From positions 4,832,001 through 4,896,000 of the forward strand of contig CBDBGH010000003.1 of NCBI GenBank assembly GCA_965205265.1: DNA of 64,000 bases. Direction: 5' to 3'. This DNA is from Alphaproteobacteria bacterium (GTDB taxonomy: Bacteria > Pseudomonadota > Alphaproteobacteria > Bin95). The notes beneath the pieces are model-generated. The model was not told the DNA's origin. It did no database searches and worked only from the letters and a program-made list of their open reading frames with translations. The number at the start of each line of letters is the position of its first letter. Position 1 is the stretch's first letter. This document shows positions 28,406 through 41,025 of this stretch, piece after piece. Made by a program: the position numbers and the translations under genes.

Positions 28406-28657
28406 ATGAGACACGACAGGATCGACCGCACCTGGCAGCAACAGGCGCGAACCCGCAGCCGCCGGTCTGCGGGTGAATCCGAGTTCATTCAGCCGCCGGA
28501 CGGCGCGCAGGTCCGCTGCGCCGCCTGCAACCGCGTGGTTCCGATCGAACAGGCGGACATGACCCGCCACACAGCGAGCAGCCGACGGTCACTGCGCAGC
28601 CCGACATCGGCATGGATTTGCCGCTTCTGCCAGCCGCCGCGAAAGCAACCGCTATAG
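28406..28657 (+). CDS. Small zinc-finger-like protein
   Basis: CAAC...CRFC pair. Confidence 0.4.
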   Translation: MRHDRIDRTWQQQARTRSRRSAGESEFIQPPDGAQVRCAACNRVVPIEQADMTRHTASSRRSLRSPTSAWICRFCQPPRKQPL

Positions 28658-28843
28658 TCCTCCGGAACCCACTGCCTGCTGCGCCGCCAGTGGCTGCGCT
28701 ACGCGATGCTTTACGAACGCAGGCGCAGGCGCGTAAACGGGGACGACCGTGAATGACTGTCGATTGCGCCAAGAGTTGACACCCATGGCACAAGCCTTCC
28801 ACGCCGCTACTCGGAGTGTCCTGGAAGAGGGATGCCCTCGAAT

Positions 28844-28881
28844 ACAATCCGCTTTCCATGATAATCCGATTGTGCTATAAA
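28844..28881 (+). promoter_or_regulatory. Tandem boxes site 2, overlapping a putative promoter
   Basis: ACAATCCGCTTTC 28844 and ATAATCCGATTGT 28861; TTTCCA-17bp-TATAAA with extended TG. Confidence 0.65.
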
Positions 28882-29039
28882 TTTAGCCTGTCACGACAGG
28901 GAGGACATCGCATTGATGACCGAACGGAGCAGTCCGGCCCGGGCGGCGGACCGCCCTTCTTCCGCCTTTCCGCCTCTCTGGCCGGTGCATGTCGGTGCCG
29001 CACCGCTGTTCTCCTTCGCTATGCCCGGGTTCCTCACCG

Positions 29040-29405
29040 ATGAGCGCCGATAACTCCCGCTCCCCCGGCGGCAGCCTTCCGGAAAACCTCTGGGCCGTCT
29101 CCTGCACCGGAGACTGGTTCGCGGACGAGACCGCGGCCCGCAACAGCGCCATCAGCCAAAAGGCCATCTGTGCCGAATTCATTCGCATGGATATCCATCG
29201 GCACCGGGTCCGTGACAAGACAGAGCGGCGCGACAGCGAACTGCACCAGCTGCGCGCCGCCGCCCGGGCCGCAGCCACCGCATTGCGTGAACATCTCGAT
29301 GACCGCGAAGATGCCCTGCTCGGAATCGGCAATTCGCCCGGCCAGGCCGCGATGGCGGTCGAGGAGGGCCGCGATATCCTCGAGCGCCTGGAGGAATTGC
29401 TCTGA
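29040..29405 (+). CDS. Hypothetical protein
   Basis: Helical ORF downstream of the boxed promoter. Confidence 0.45.
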   Translation: MSADNSRSPGGSLPENLWAVSCTGDWFADETAARNSAISQKAICAEFIRMDIHRHRVRDKTERRDSELHQLRAAARAAATALREHLDDREDALLGIGNSPGQAAMAVEEGRDILERLEELL

Positions 29406-29467
29406 GCAACGAAGGGGCCCGCACCCGGGCCGGCGTTCTGGTCATCATCACCGATGAAACCGGCCGC

Positions 29468-29848
29468 GTGCAGGCCGCCAGCACGGACTTCGAACCGTCC
29501 TATGCCGCCGGATTCAAGGACCGGGAACGCCAGGAAAGCCGGGCGCGCGATGCCGCCTGGAACCAGGCCATCCATGCACATGCCTCGCAGGCACTTGCCA
29601 ACGCTCTCACGGATAACGGCACCTTCGGCATGGACCTCTCCCGGACCGTCCAGAACCTGCTCTCCAGGGGCTGGCACGTCGAGGTCCGCGATATCGAGGC
29701 GCCCGGCGAGGACAGCTCTGTCAGGGATGCCGCCACAGTCATGCTGAATGCCCTCAGGCATGCGCGCCTGGAACACCTCCCGGAGCCTGTCCCGCTTGTC
29801 GACGAGGCCATCGCCCACGGCGAGAGAGTCCTGCGGGGCGACCTGTAG
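29468..29848 (+). CDS. Hypothetical protein
   Basis: 126-aa ORF; start uncertain. Confidence 0.45.
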   Translation: MQAASTDFEPSYAAGFKDRERQESRARDAAWNQAIHAHASQALANALTDNGTFGMDLSRTVQNLLSRGWHVEVRDIEAPGEDSSVRDAATVMLNALRHARLEHLPEPVPLVDEAIAHGERVLRGDL

Positions 29849-30157
29849 CTGACTCCAACGCCGGGTCCGGGCCGTGGAGACATCCAGAGGCGTTCGGAAT
29901 TTCTGTGGGAATCCCGGTCCGGGGGGGCGGCTCCCAGCCGCGCCCCGGAAATACCGTAATGTCAGGGGGTTGCGTTCTTCATCGCGGCCCGTCTGCGCCG
30001 CCTGCCAACGCTTGGCCGGCCAGTGCCGGCGCCGTCCACGGCCGTCAAACCGCCCTTCCAGCGGCTTGCTCGAAACCGAACTGCCGAATGTCGCACCGTG
30101 TCCCGGTTCCTGCCGGTGTGAAGGCCGGAGATGCCCTATACACCCCCAACTGTAGTG

Positions 30158-30685
30158 CTAATGCAGCCCGCTCTCGGTTGGCGTGTCCGGCTCTCCGGGA
30201 TCCGGGCCTGTCAGCACCGTTTCCAGATACTCCAGCCGGACTGTCAGAGCCGGCACGATCACATCCCTGAGGCTCCCGAATTTTTCGAGCACTTCGGCAG
30301 ATCTGAGATCCATGCCGTAGGATTCCCGGAAAACATGGCGAAAGCTGCGAACGTCCGAGAGCGGACCGGTCATGTCCGGAAGAACGATCGCAGGCCGCAC
30401 CGGTGTCTCCGCCGCCATCTGCGCAAGCAGCTTCATGTGCCAGCTTTCGCCCGTTGGCTTGCCTCCGTCCACTTCCTCCGCGATGTCCTCGAAAATCCGC
30501 TCAAGGCCGGAATAGATGTCGTGAACCGCCTTCCCCACACCGCTCTCGATTCGCAGTTCCCTGTCTTCCCATTCGGGTTCGGCGTCTGCCGCAAGCCGAT
30601 GCCGTTCGCCCTTGGCCAGCGTGCGGTCGATCCGGGACAGATAGACCTGGATCCTGGCGAACAGCGGATGAGAGGCGGTCAGCAT
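30158..30685 (-). CDS. HEPN-domain (HepT-like) toxin
   Basis: VHDIYSGLERIFEDIAEEVDGGKPTGESWHMKLLAQM...RSFRHVFRESYG. Confidence 0.85.
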   Translation of the reverse strand: MLTASHPLFARIQVYLSRIDRTLAKGERHRLAADAEPEWEDRELRIESGVGKAVHDIYSGLERIFEDIAEEVDGGKPTGESWHMKLLAQMAAETPVRPAIVLPDMTGPLSDVRSFRHVFRESYGMDLRSAEVLEKFGSLRDVIVPALTVRLEYLETVLTGPDPGEPDTPTESGLH

Positions 30686-31152
30686 GATTCAATGACACGT
30701 ACGCCGCGAAGCGCCTCGGCGCAGGAGATCGAGCCGCTCATGAGGTGGGAGGCCATATCCAGAAAGGCAACGTCCACGCGGATATCGCTTTCGGCGCCTC
30801 TTTCTTGCATCCAGGACATGACGCGGAAGCGGTTTTCGGAGACAATGCCGGCCGTGACCAGAATGTCGAGATCGGCTTCTGGACCTGCCGTTCCGCGTGC
30901 GACGGACCCGAACACACGGATATCGACGCCTTCCGAAGCGGCCCGGGCCGCAATGTCCGCCAGAAGCCTGTGCAGCGCCTCGCGCCGTCGGCGGGTCCGC
31001 TGGCGGACGGCGCTGTAGAAAGGTCGTCCGCCGAAAGCGCGGGTCCGCACGGGGCTGTCGTCCGGGAACGGACGTGGTGCGCTGTTTTGTGCCCGTCCGA
31101 GCTGCGTTACTCGTTCATCCATCGCCCGTATCCTTCGCAACTGAAGGAGCAT
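30679..31152 (-). CDS. Minimal nucleotidyltransferase (MNT) antitoxin
   Basis: VFGSVARG...ADLDILV...RVDVA; directly upstream of HEPN gene. Confidence 0.85.
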   Translation of the reverse strand: MLLQLRRIRAMDERVTQLGRAQNSAPRPFPDDSPVRTRAFGGRPFYSAVRQRTRRRREALHRLLADIAARAASEGVDIRVFGSVARGTAGPEADLDILVTAGIVSENRFRVMSWMQERGAESDIRVDVAFLDMASHLMSGSISCAEALRGVRVIESC

Positions 31153-31449
31153 CCATCATAGCATGAGCACGGGAAGTGTAGCGCTGCCTATAGCGCGACA
31201 ATCTGGGTGAGAGCCGCGCGTCAATCAGGATGAGATTCCCCGGCGGCATCGGCGAGTTGATGATTGTCGCGCGGGGCGCGGATTGCAAGCGGTTTCGGAT
31301 TTTGATTGTCGCGGCGCGACAAACAAGGTTTTCGGAGAGCGTTTTGATTGTCGCGGGGGGGCCGTCGGGTCGGAGAAGAGACGGCCCGCGGAGGCGATTC
31401 CCGCGGGCCGTGAGTGTTGTGGCCGCTGGGCCGATCTGGCGGCAGCGGT

Positions 31450-33797
<2,348 letters not shown>

Positions 33798-34166
33798 CTA
33801 CTCGGAAAAACGTCACCGTTCGCCCAGCCGACCGACCCCGCCAGAAGGTCCAGGAAAAATTTTTTGAGGCGGCGGCCCGGAACTCCGGTCGGGCTACGCC
33901 CTCCCTCCGTTCCGGGCCGCCGCCTTCCCCCGTCTCATCCTGATTGTCGCCAGCGTCTCAAGCTGATTGTCGCGCCGCAGCTGCCGGCTTTCGGGATACG
34001 CGCGCGGCGCGGCGTGCCACTTTAAGTCAGGCGCAGGGCGCGCGATTGGTCCATCGATTCACCGGCTTGCACGAAGCGCCTCTCGATTTCCCACAGAAAT
34101 TCCGAACGCCTCTGAGACATCCCCCTATCTCCTTCGCGCGCGCCCCAGCCTGCACCCGCCGCGTCT

Positions 34167-34811
34167 TCAGCGCTGCCCTTTCCGCCATTCCCATGGCGGG
34201 ACAACCTCACCGCGCCAGATTCCGCGCCGGGCGGCGCGCGCCCCGCGCTCGTCGCCAACATACCGCTCGGAATACCGTCGGTAAGCGAAGGCGTGCCCCT
34301 GGCGGACCATCCAGCGGCTAATGTCTATCCCGCCGCTCCGGCATACCGCCACAATGCGTCCGTAACGGTCACGGTCCTGTTCCCGGCAGGACGCCCATCG
34401 GCCGCCAACCCGCCCGGCAAGAGCTTTCGTGGCGGCGCGCCCGCAGGGATTCCCGATACCACCGACCCGGCAGTCCTGTCCCTGCTCCGGCGCATCTATC
34501 CCGAACAGCCTCACCCTTTGGCCGGAAACCTCTATCGTGTCTCCGTCGATAACCCTGACCCGGCCCTCCAGCAGCCGACCTCCTGCCGGCGTCGATCCGG
34601 CCCCCCTGCCTATCTGAACCCCGACCGGCTTGAGATATTGTCCGGTCCCTGCCGCCAGGGCCTGGATATCCCGGTACGCCTCCCGCAGCACAGAGGACGG
34701 CGGGAGGCGCGCCGTCATGGCCGCCACTCCGACGGCCACACACAGGACAATCATCACCCGGACCCGGCGCCGGCGCGCCGAAAAACGGCGGAACCTACGC
34801 CGCCTCCTCAC
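34167..34811 (-). CDS. Thermonuclease (SNase-like) family protein
   Basis: RVIDGDTIEV...VRLFGIDAPE...DRYGRIVAVC...MVRQGHAFAYRRYS...PPWEWR. Confidence 0.9.
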   Translation of the reverse strand: MRRRRRFRRFSARRRRVRVMIVLCVAVGVAAMTARLPPSSVLREAYRDIQALAAGTGQYLKPVGVQIGRGAGSTPAGGRLLEGRVRVIDGDTIEVSGQRVRLFGIDAPEQGQDCRVGGIGNPCGRAATKALAGRVGGRWASCREQDRDRYGRIVAVCRSGGIDISRWMVRQGHAFAYRRYSERYVGDERGARAARRGIWRGEVVPPWEWRKGQR

Positions 34812-35850
34812 AGGGGTCCTTCAGATTCCGGTTGTAATTGGCGGCCACATTCGTCGCCCATTCCTCAAGGCCGACGCGGTCGCATTCCCGGGCCAGGGCC
34901 TCAATGCCGGCGCGCAGTTCGCGGTCGCCCTTCAGCATGTTGAACGCCTTGCTCTCGGCATATCCCACCGTCGTGTGGTCGCGTCCGAAAAACCGTGCGA
35001 TCTGTGTCTGTGTCTGATGCGTGACCCGGCGCAGGAGATGAAACGTCGTTATGCGGGAAAAGACCACCACGCTTTGCCGTGACTGGCTCATCATTTCCTC
35101 GACCGAAACCCCATGCCACTTGGAAGACACCCGCAATACCATGGCCGAAGACGGAACCGTGCCATACGGCTTGGTCCTCAGCCGTCCCCGGCGCACCGCC
35201 GCCGGAATGCCCCTCAGCGACTTGACCGTCTCGTGGAGCACCTGCCGGTCCACCAGACCCGGCGGCGGTGTCCTGAAACGGCGATCCAGAACCTCAGTGA
35301 CATGACGGCGCTCCGACGTCGTGAACTGACAGTAAAGGCACTCCAGAAGCCCCTTGCAGGGATCGTAGATCTCGAGCACCCGTCTGGCCGACATCCTCTC
35401 TCCGGCCTCGCGCCGTTGGTCCAGCTCGGAATAGAACCGGAGCAGGGGATTGTCTCTGGCGATCAATTCCACACCGTCCAGGTCGGGCCAGCGGCGAATC
35501 CCGTCAAGCTCCGGAGATGACGGACCCGAACGCCTGAACGTGTCCCCGCGCGGCGCCGCCGTCAGTATGACCCGGATATCGCCATGCTCGACGCCGAGCG
35601 CCCTGGCAACCATCTTCTCGAGGGTGGGCAGCCAGTAGGCGCGGATCCACGCGGCATGGGGCGCGGGCGCCCTTACCGTGACCACGCTCCGACGCCCGGA
35701 GGGTTCTATCGAAAGGGAGTTCCGTCCCAGGCGCGCGAACCACTCGTCCATTCCGCCCTGTTCGGCGGACAGACGCCCGCGCAGACGCGCGGCAATCTCA
35801 TCGACGCACGCGCTGACGCGTTCCGGATCCCATGCCAAAGACGACGCCAT
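34795..35850 (-). CDS. DnaA-like protein: domain I-like N-terminus and domain IV HTH, no AAA+
   Basis: N-term MDEWFARL...VTVRAPAPHAAWIRAYW; C-term GVSVEEMMSQSRQSVVVFSR...QIARFFGRDHTTVGYA; no Walker motifs. Confidence 0.75.
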   Translation of the reverse strand: MASSLAWDPERVSACVDEIAARLRGRLSAEQGGMDEWFARLGRNSLSIEPSGRRSVVTVRAPAPHAAWIRAYWLPTLEKMVARALGVEHGDIRVILTAAPRGDTFRRSGPSSPELDGIRRWPDLDGVELIARDNPLLRFYSELDQRREAGERMSARRVLEIYDPCKGLLECLYCQFTTSERRHVTEVLDRRFRTPPPGLVDRQVLHETVKSLRGIPAAVRRGRLRTKPYGTVPSSAMVLRVSSKWHGVSVEEMMSQSRQSVVVFSRITTFHLLRRVTHQTQTQIARFFGRDHTTVGYAESKAFNMLKGDRELRAGIEALARECDRVGLEEWATNVAANYNRNLKDPCEEAA

Positions 35851-36657
35851 CGAGATCTGATTCTATCCACAATCACGCCCGGCGTCACTATACGCGAGAC
35901 GTTTCGTTTTGCCACGCATAGATATGCGGCGCGGCAATAGCGTCGCCGCGTTTCGTTTTTTCAGAAATCCCGGCTACCTGTAGCCTTCCGCCTGTTGCCC
36001 GCTTCGAGGCCGCCATGCCCCGACCCGATGCCGATGCCTATCGGCGGTTCGACCGCCAGCTCCGCGCCGCCGGACGTGCCGATCTCGACGGGCCCGCCGA
36101 CATCCGGGGTCTCTCCAGCGCCATTCTCGAAACCATCGCGGCCTTGCCGCAGGCCGACCTCATCCCCGAACACCGGCGCATCGACTGGATGGAACGAACC
36201 GCCAGCGCCGAACTGCAACGTCACTCCGAGGTCACCGGCAAGCGCCTCGATCTTCCGGATCTGCTTCCCATCATGCTCTGGCACGTCCGGCGGCTGTCGG
36301 GCATAGGCGGCTCCGACGCCGGAACGATCCTTCTGGGCAGCCGGGGCCTGCCGGGCTCGTTTACGACAGCGCGGAATATAGCCGCGCAGAAACTGCTCAT
36401 CGCCGCTCCCGACCCCGGCAACGAGTTCACGCAGCGCGGGGCCCGCGCCGAACCCTGGCTCCGACGCATACTCATGGAACAGACCGGCGCAGACACATCC
36501 GCCGACAGCCTCGAGACGCTGCGCGATTTTCGCGACGACAGCACACCCTGGCGGATCGGAACGCCTGACGACTTTCTGCTCTCATCCGGCCCGCTGCCGG
36601 GATTCGCCCCGGCCGCCCGGCATATCATGATCGACTACAAATCCCCCTCCGAAGAAG

Positions 36658-36749
36658 AATTCAGGAAGCTCGCCACCCACGGGATCGGCCTCGAATACGC
36701 CTCGCAGCTCAGCCATTACGAGGCGATCGCCCGGGATGCCGGCGTGACC
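36658..36749 (+). repeat. 92-bp direct repeat (IS1634 target duplication); second copy 38666-38757
   Basis: AATTCAGGAAGCTC...GGCGTGACC present on both sides of the IS. Confidence 0.93.
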
Positions 36750-38665
36750 CCTGACTTCGACGGTTGGGCTGACTTCTGACCGATCTCGCGTCTGGAGTTT
36801 TCAGTAAAGCCAATGAGTTGGCAGTTGCGGTGCGGTCAAGCTGCGTTGTAGTGCCTAGTAAATCTTTGAGACTGTCAATGCCTCCGCCACGCGCTACACT
36901 CCCCCCATGTTCGTGCGCATCAAGACCTCCCCCAACAGCCCGCGACGCTCGGTCCAGATCGTCGAGGCCGTGCGCGACGGCGGCAAGGTCCGACAGCGCA
37001 TCGTCCGCCATGTCGGCGTGGCCATGGACGAGGACGAGCTCGAGCGCCTGAGGCAGCTCGGCGAGTACGTCAAGGCGAAGCTGGAGGACGAGCGTCAGCC
37101 GGCATTGTTTGCGCCCGAGAAGATCGCTGAGCAGGCGATCCGTGTCGGCCGCCGGGGGGACGGCAAGGAGGAACTCCCGGTCGACCTCAAGCAGCTTGAA
37201 GAGGAGCAGCGCCTGATCACAGGCATCCACGAGGTCTATGGCGAGATCTACCGGCTGCTGGGCCTCGACGCGCTGCTGCCGCGCTCGCGCTACCGGGCCT
37301 CCCATGACGCGCTGTTCCATGTGGTGATGGCGCGGGTAGCCAACCCCGACAGCAAGCGGGGCAGCGTGCGCCGGCTCGAGGAGGACTTCGGCGTGAGTCT
37401 TCCGCTCGAGAAGGTCTACCGGATGATGGATCAGCTCGACGCGACGGTGATCGAGCGACTGCGCACGCGCGTCGGCGAGGCGAGCCGGTCGCTGCTGCCG
37501 GAGCCGGTCGCGATCCTCTTCTTCGATTGCACCACGCTCTACTTCGAGACGGCCGCCGAGGACGAGCTTCGCCAGCACGGCTTCAGCAAGGACGGCAAAC
37601 ACAAGGACTCGCAGGTTCTGCTGGCGCTGATGGTGACGCGCGAAGGGCTGCCGATCAGCTACGAGGTCTTCCCCGGCGCCACCTACGAGGGACACAGCAT
37701 GGTCCCGGTCCTGCAGGACATGCAGCGCCGCCACCAGGTGGAGCGCACGGTATGCGTGGCCGACCGGGGCATGCTGAGCGCCGACAACCTCGACGCCATG
37801 GACGCCATCGGCGGCGAGTATGTCGTCGGCGCGCGGCTGCGCAAGCTGCCGCTCGCGCTGCTGGGGCAGGTTCTCGACCCCGGGACCTATGCCCCGCTGG
37901 AGGGCTCACAGGACCGCCGGGTCGGCGAGTGGGAGTACAAGGGCCGTCGCCTGATCGTCGTCTTCTGCCCCCAGCGCGCACGCAAGGACGCGCACGAGCG
38001 CCGCCATCAGGTGGAACGCCTGCTCGACAGGCTGGCCCGCAGCGACAATCCCAGGGAACTGCTCTCCAATCACGGGGCGAAGCGCTTCATCGCCGTCGAG
38101 GGCGACGCACGGCTCACGGTGAACCCGGAGAAGATCGCCGAGGCCGCACGATGGGACGGGCTCACCGGCGTCATCACCAATCTGCGCGACGCGCGCGTCA
38201 CCGAAGTGATGGCTCACTACCAGGGGCTCTGGCAGGTCGAGGAGAGCTTCCGGATCACCAAACACGACCTGAAGATACGTCCCATCTGGCACTGGAACCC
38301 GGACCGGATCCGCGCTCACATCGCCATCGCCTTCCTGGCCTTCGCCTGCGTTCGACACCTTGCGTACCGCGTCGCCATCCAGAAGCGGCGGATGTCCCCG
38401 GAGGTCATCCGCTCCGCCCTCGTCCACCGCCAGTGCTCCCTGCTGCGCTGTCGGCAATCGGGCAACCGCTACGTCATCCCCTCGAAGCCGACACCGGCGG
38501 CGGAGCAGATTTACGCAACCATGGGGCTGCCCCTGACGATCACCCCGTATCAACTCGCCTGACCGTCGACGAAGCACGGCTCGAAGAAATGCCGGATGTA
38601 GTGCCTAGCCGAAATGAGAACCAGGCAATATCAACTACTTATGCGAATCAACCGTCGAAGTCAGG
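36750..38665 (+). mobile_element. IS1634 family element, copy 1 (1916 bp)
   Basis: 17-bp TIR CCTGACTTCGACGGTTG / CAACCGTCGAAGTCAGG; long DR. Confidence 0.93.
36907..38562 (+). CDS. IS1634 family transposase
   Basis: FFDCTTLYFE, GFSKDGK, VADRGMLSADNL, YQGLWQVEESFRITKHDL, IRAHIAIAFLA. Confidence 0.93.
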   Translation: MFVRIKTSPNSPRRSVQIVEAVRDGGKVRQRIVRHVGVAMDEDELERLRQLGEYVKAKLEDERQPALFAPEKIAEQAIRVGRRGDGKEELPVDLKQLEEEQRLITGIHEVYGEIYRLLGLDALLPRSRYRASHDALFHVVMARVANPDSKRGSVRRLEEDFGVSLPLEKVYRMMDQLDATVIERLRTRVGEASRSLLPEPVAILFFDCTTLYFETAAEDELRQHGFSKDGKHKDSQVLLALMVTREGLPISYEVFPGATYEGHSMVPVLQDMQRRHQVERTVCVADRGMLSADNLDAMDAIGGEYVVGARLRKLPLALLGQVLDPGTYAPLEGSQDRRVGEWEYKGRRLIVVFCPQRARKDAHERRHQVERLLDRLARSDNPRELLSNHGAKRFIAVEGDARLTVNPEKIAEAARWDGLTGVITNLRDARVTEVMAHYQGLWQVEESFRITKHDLKIRPIWHWNPDRIRAHIAIAFLAFACVRHLAYRVAIQKRRMSPEVIRSALVHRQCSLLRCRQSGNRYVIPSKPTPAAEQIYATMGLPLTITPYQLA

Positions 38666-39585
38666 AATTCAGGAAGCTCGCCACCCACGGGATCGGCCTC
38701 GAATACGCCTCGCAGCTCAGCCATTACGAGGCGATCGCCCGGGATGCCGGCGTGACCGTCCACGCCGTTGCCCTCGCCGCTTTCGACTCCCGGTCCTTTC
38801 GCGTCGAACTCATCCCCCACGAAGAGGAGCCGACGCTGGCTGAGGAGTTGCGGAAGGCGTGCGCCTCCTTCTGGGACGATTTCGTCCTCAAGGGCCGCCT
38901 GCCGCCGCGCCTGCCCGAGGACCTCCCCCTCGAACCGACGCCAATGGCAGAAGCCACGGTGTTCCGTCTGGCGGCCCTGAAAGCCGTCATGGACGCCCTG
39001 GAAAACGCACGGCAAGCCATGACCGAGGACCTGCAGGACCTTTATGCAGGAACCACGGGCGCACTCGCCACCGGGCTCGCCACCTACTCGCGCAAACGCT
39101 CCTGGGACGCCGACACCCTTCGGGCGCTGGCAGGAACGGCCAGCATCGACATCGGTGAACACACCGTGCTCTCCGGCAGTCCCGACCAGGCCCAGTCCAC
39201 CGCCTTCCTCGAGCGGATCGCGGGAACCTTGCGCCGCGGGGACCGCGATGGTCTGAGAGCCCTCCTGACCACCCTCCGCAACGACGGGATGCCCGAAGCC
39301 CGGTCGCTCGACACCGACTCCCTCGCCAGGGCCTTGCATGAAGCCGGCATAGAAACCTCTCCCGCCGAAAGAGAGAGCGTCCGTTTCGCGCTCTCCCGGC
39401 GCCGGGTCCATAGCGAGGCACTCGGCGAATTGCGGCTTGACGCCGAACGGGTGCGCGAGGGTGTCTGCGAGTATCTGGACGAGATGGCCGAGGGCGCGCT
39501 CGCGCCGGCCGAAGAGGCCGAGAACCATCTCGCGCCGACCTGACCCCCCTTCCACGCCAACCGTCCCCAAGGAGTCTCGACAGAC

Positions 39586-40437
39586 ATGCTTCCCAAAGCC
39601 ACAGCGGAACAGGTGGTGGACCAGTACGAAAGGGGGCGCCGTAATTTCAGGCGTCTGGACTTCTCCGGAGAGGATTTCACGCGGGATTACCTGGAAGGCG
39701 TCGATTTCAGCGAATGCCGACTGGACGGCGCAACCTTGATAGGGGCCCATCTCGTTGGCTGCCGGTTTACCGGGGCGAGGGCCTTGCGTGCGGACTTCAC
39801 CGGCGCCCGCCTGACGAGTTCCAATCTCGACCGGCTCGTTGCCGGAGGCGCGGACTTCTCGACAGCCGATCTGAACGGCTGCTCTATCAATGACGCCTCC
39901 CTGCGCCGTGCCGACTTTCTCGGCGCCCAACTGCAGGACGCCTCGCTCCGCTCGCTCAACGCCCCCGGCGCCGACTTTACCGGCGCCCGCCTCGAACGGG
40001 CCGATCTGACCGATGCAATGCTGCACCGGTGCCTCTTCCGGGAGGTCCTTCTCTACGAAACGAAAATGCTGGCCGTCGAGGCGAACGGGGCGGATTTCAG
40101 CGGCGCGTCGGTCTGGAGGACGGATTTCGGCATGGCGCAGCTCGTGCGCTGCGATTTCCAGGACGCAACAAGCTGGAAAGCCCATTTCCGGGATGCCCAG
40201 ACGGCCAACCACGGAGCCCCGAATTTCCGCGGCACCTTCATCAACCACAGCATTCTGAGCAACGCGGTCTTCCGCGACGCGGATTTCTCGGAGGCCGTCA
40301 TCCTGCATTCGGATTTCTCCGGGGCCGACCTGCGCGGGGCCCTGTTCGACGATGTCACCATCGAACATGCCGGCATGGAGGGAAGCCTGCGTGGGCCTTC
40401 GGAGCCTCATGAAGCGGGCGTGCCCGATCCCGGCTGA
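39586..40437 (+). CDS. Pentapeptide repeat protein 1
   Basis: A(D/N)(L/F)xx repeats; N-cap QVVDQYERGRRNF; ends VPDPG. Confidence 0.9.
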   Translation: MLPKATAEQVVDQYERGRRNFRRLDFSGEDFTRDYLEGVDFSECRLDGATLIGAHLVGCRFTGARALRADFTGARLTSSNLDRLVAGGADFSTADLNGCSINDASLRRADFLGAQLQDASLRSLNAPGADFTGARLERADLTDAMLHRCLFREVLLYETKMLAVEANGADFSGASVWRTDFGMAQLVRCDFQDATSWKAHFRDAQTANHGAPNFRGTFINHSILSNAVFRDADFSEAVILHSDFSGADLRGALFDDVTIEHAGMEGSLRGPSEPHEAGVPDPG

Positions 40438-40822
40438 CCGCCGGGCGCCCGGGCTCCGGTTCTGGCCGCTTGCGCTTCTGTGGCTGCCGGCCGGGGTGGC
40501 GGCAACGGCGCTGGTCCGCTTCGGAGCGGACGGCCGGGCAGAGGGAGATCCCGGGACGGGACTTGCGGCAATACCGGTGATGCTGGGGTCCCTGCTGCCG
40601 CTCGCGCCTTGCGGCCTGCCGCTGGCGCTCGGGTGCCGCCAGCTTTGGCGGCTCGGCTATCGAGCCGCCGCCTGGGTAGCCGGCTTCGGGCTCGGCGCGG
40701 TCACCGTTGCGGCCGCGCTGCCGGCAGGACTGCTCGGGCCCGTCATGATCGCGGTCCATGCGGCGACGCTCAGTGTGCCGGTGTGGATCGCCTGCGTCTG
40801 GATCATCGTCCGCCGGAAGTGA
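40352..40822 (+). CDS. Hypothetical membrane protein
   Basis: About four TM segments; start uncertain. Confidence 0.5.
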   Translation: MSPSNMPAWREACVGLRSLMKRACPIPADRRAPGLRFWPLALLWLPAGVAATALVRFGADGRAEGDPGTGLAAIPVMLGSLLPLAPCGLPLALGCRQLWRLGYRAAAWVAGFGLGAVTVAAALPAGLLGPVMIAVHAATLSVPVWIACVWIIVRRK

Positions 40823-40898
40823 GCCCGAGCCCGGGGCCCGCTTCGGCCGGGAACAATATCCGCCCCGAGCGCACCGACCGATTTCTCTCCGCCTTCCG

Positions 40899-40945
40899 GT
40901 TATCCGATTGCCGCCAAAAGCGGATTGTCAGGACAATCCGGCTGG
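40899..40945. promoter_or_regulatory. Tandem boxes site 3 (three boxes)
   Basis: GTTATCCGATTGC 40899, AAAAGCGGATTGT 40916, ACAATCCGGCTGG 40933. Confidence 0.6.
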
Positions 40946-41025
40946 GGCTGTTTCCCGATTTCACGGCCTCCCTCCATACTTCCGGCGACCACGGGACATC
41001 CGACAACCGGAAGGCCGCAAAGGCG

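Larger units (their letters stand above)
36015..39543 (+). pseudogene. YqaJ/lambda-exonuclease-like recombinase interrupted by IS1634
   Basis: WHVRRLSGIGGSDAG, QRGARAEP, GTPDD, IDYKSP, YASQLSHY; continues after the IS (FWDDFVLKGRLPP). Confidence 0.8.

Noticed and set aside
31189-31360. GATTGTCGCG repeats as more of the 17-bp-period boxes
   Set aside because: They are IS21 terminal transposase-binding repeats, non-palindromic and differently spaced.
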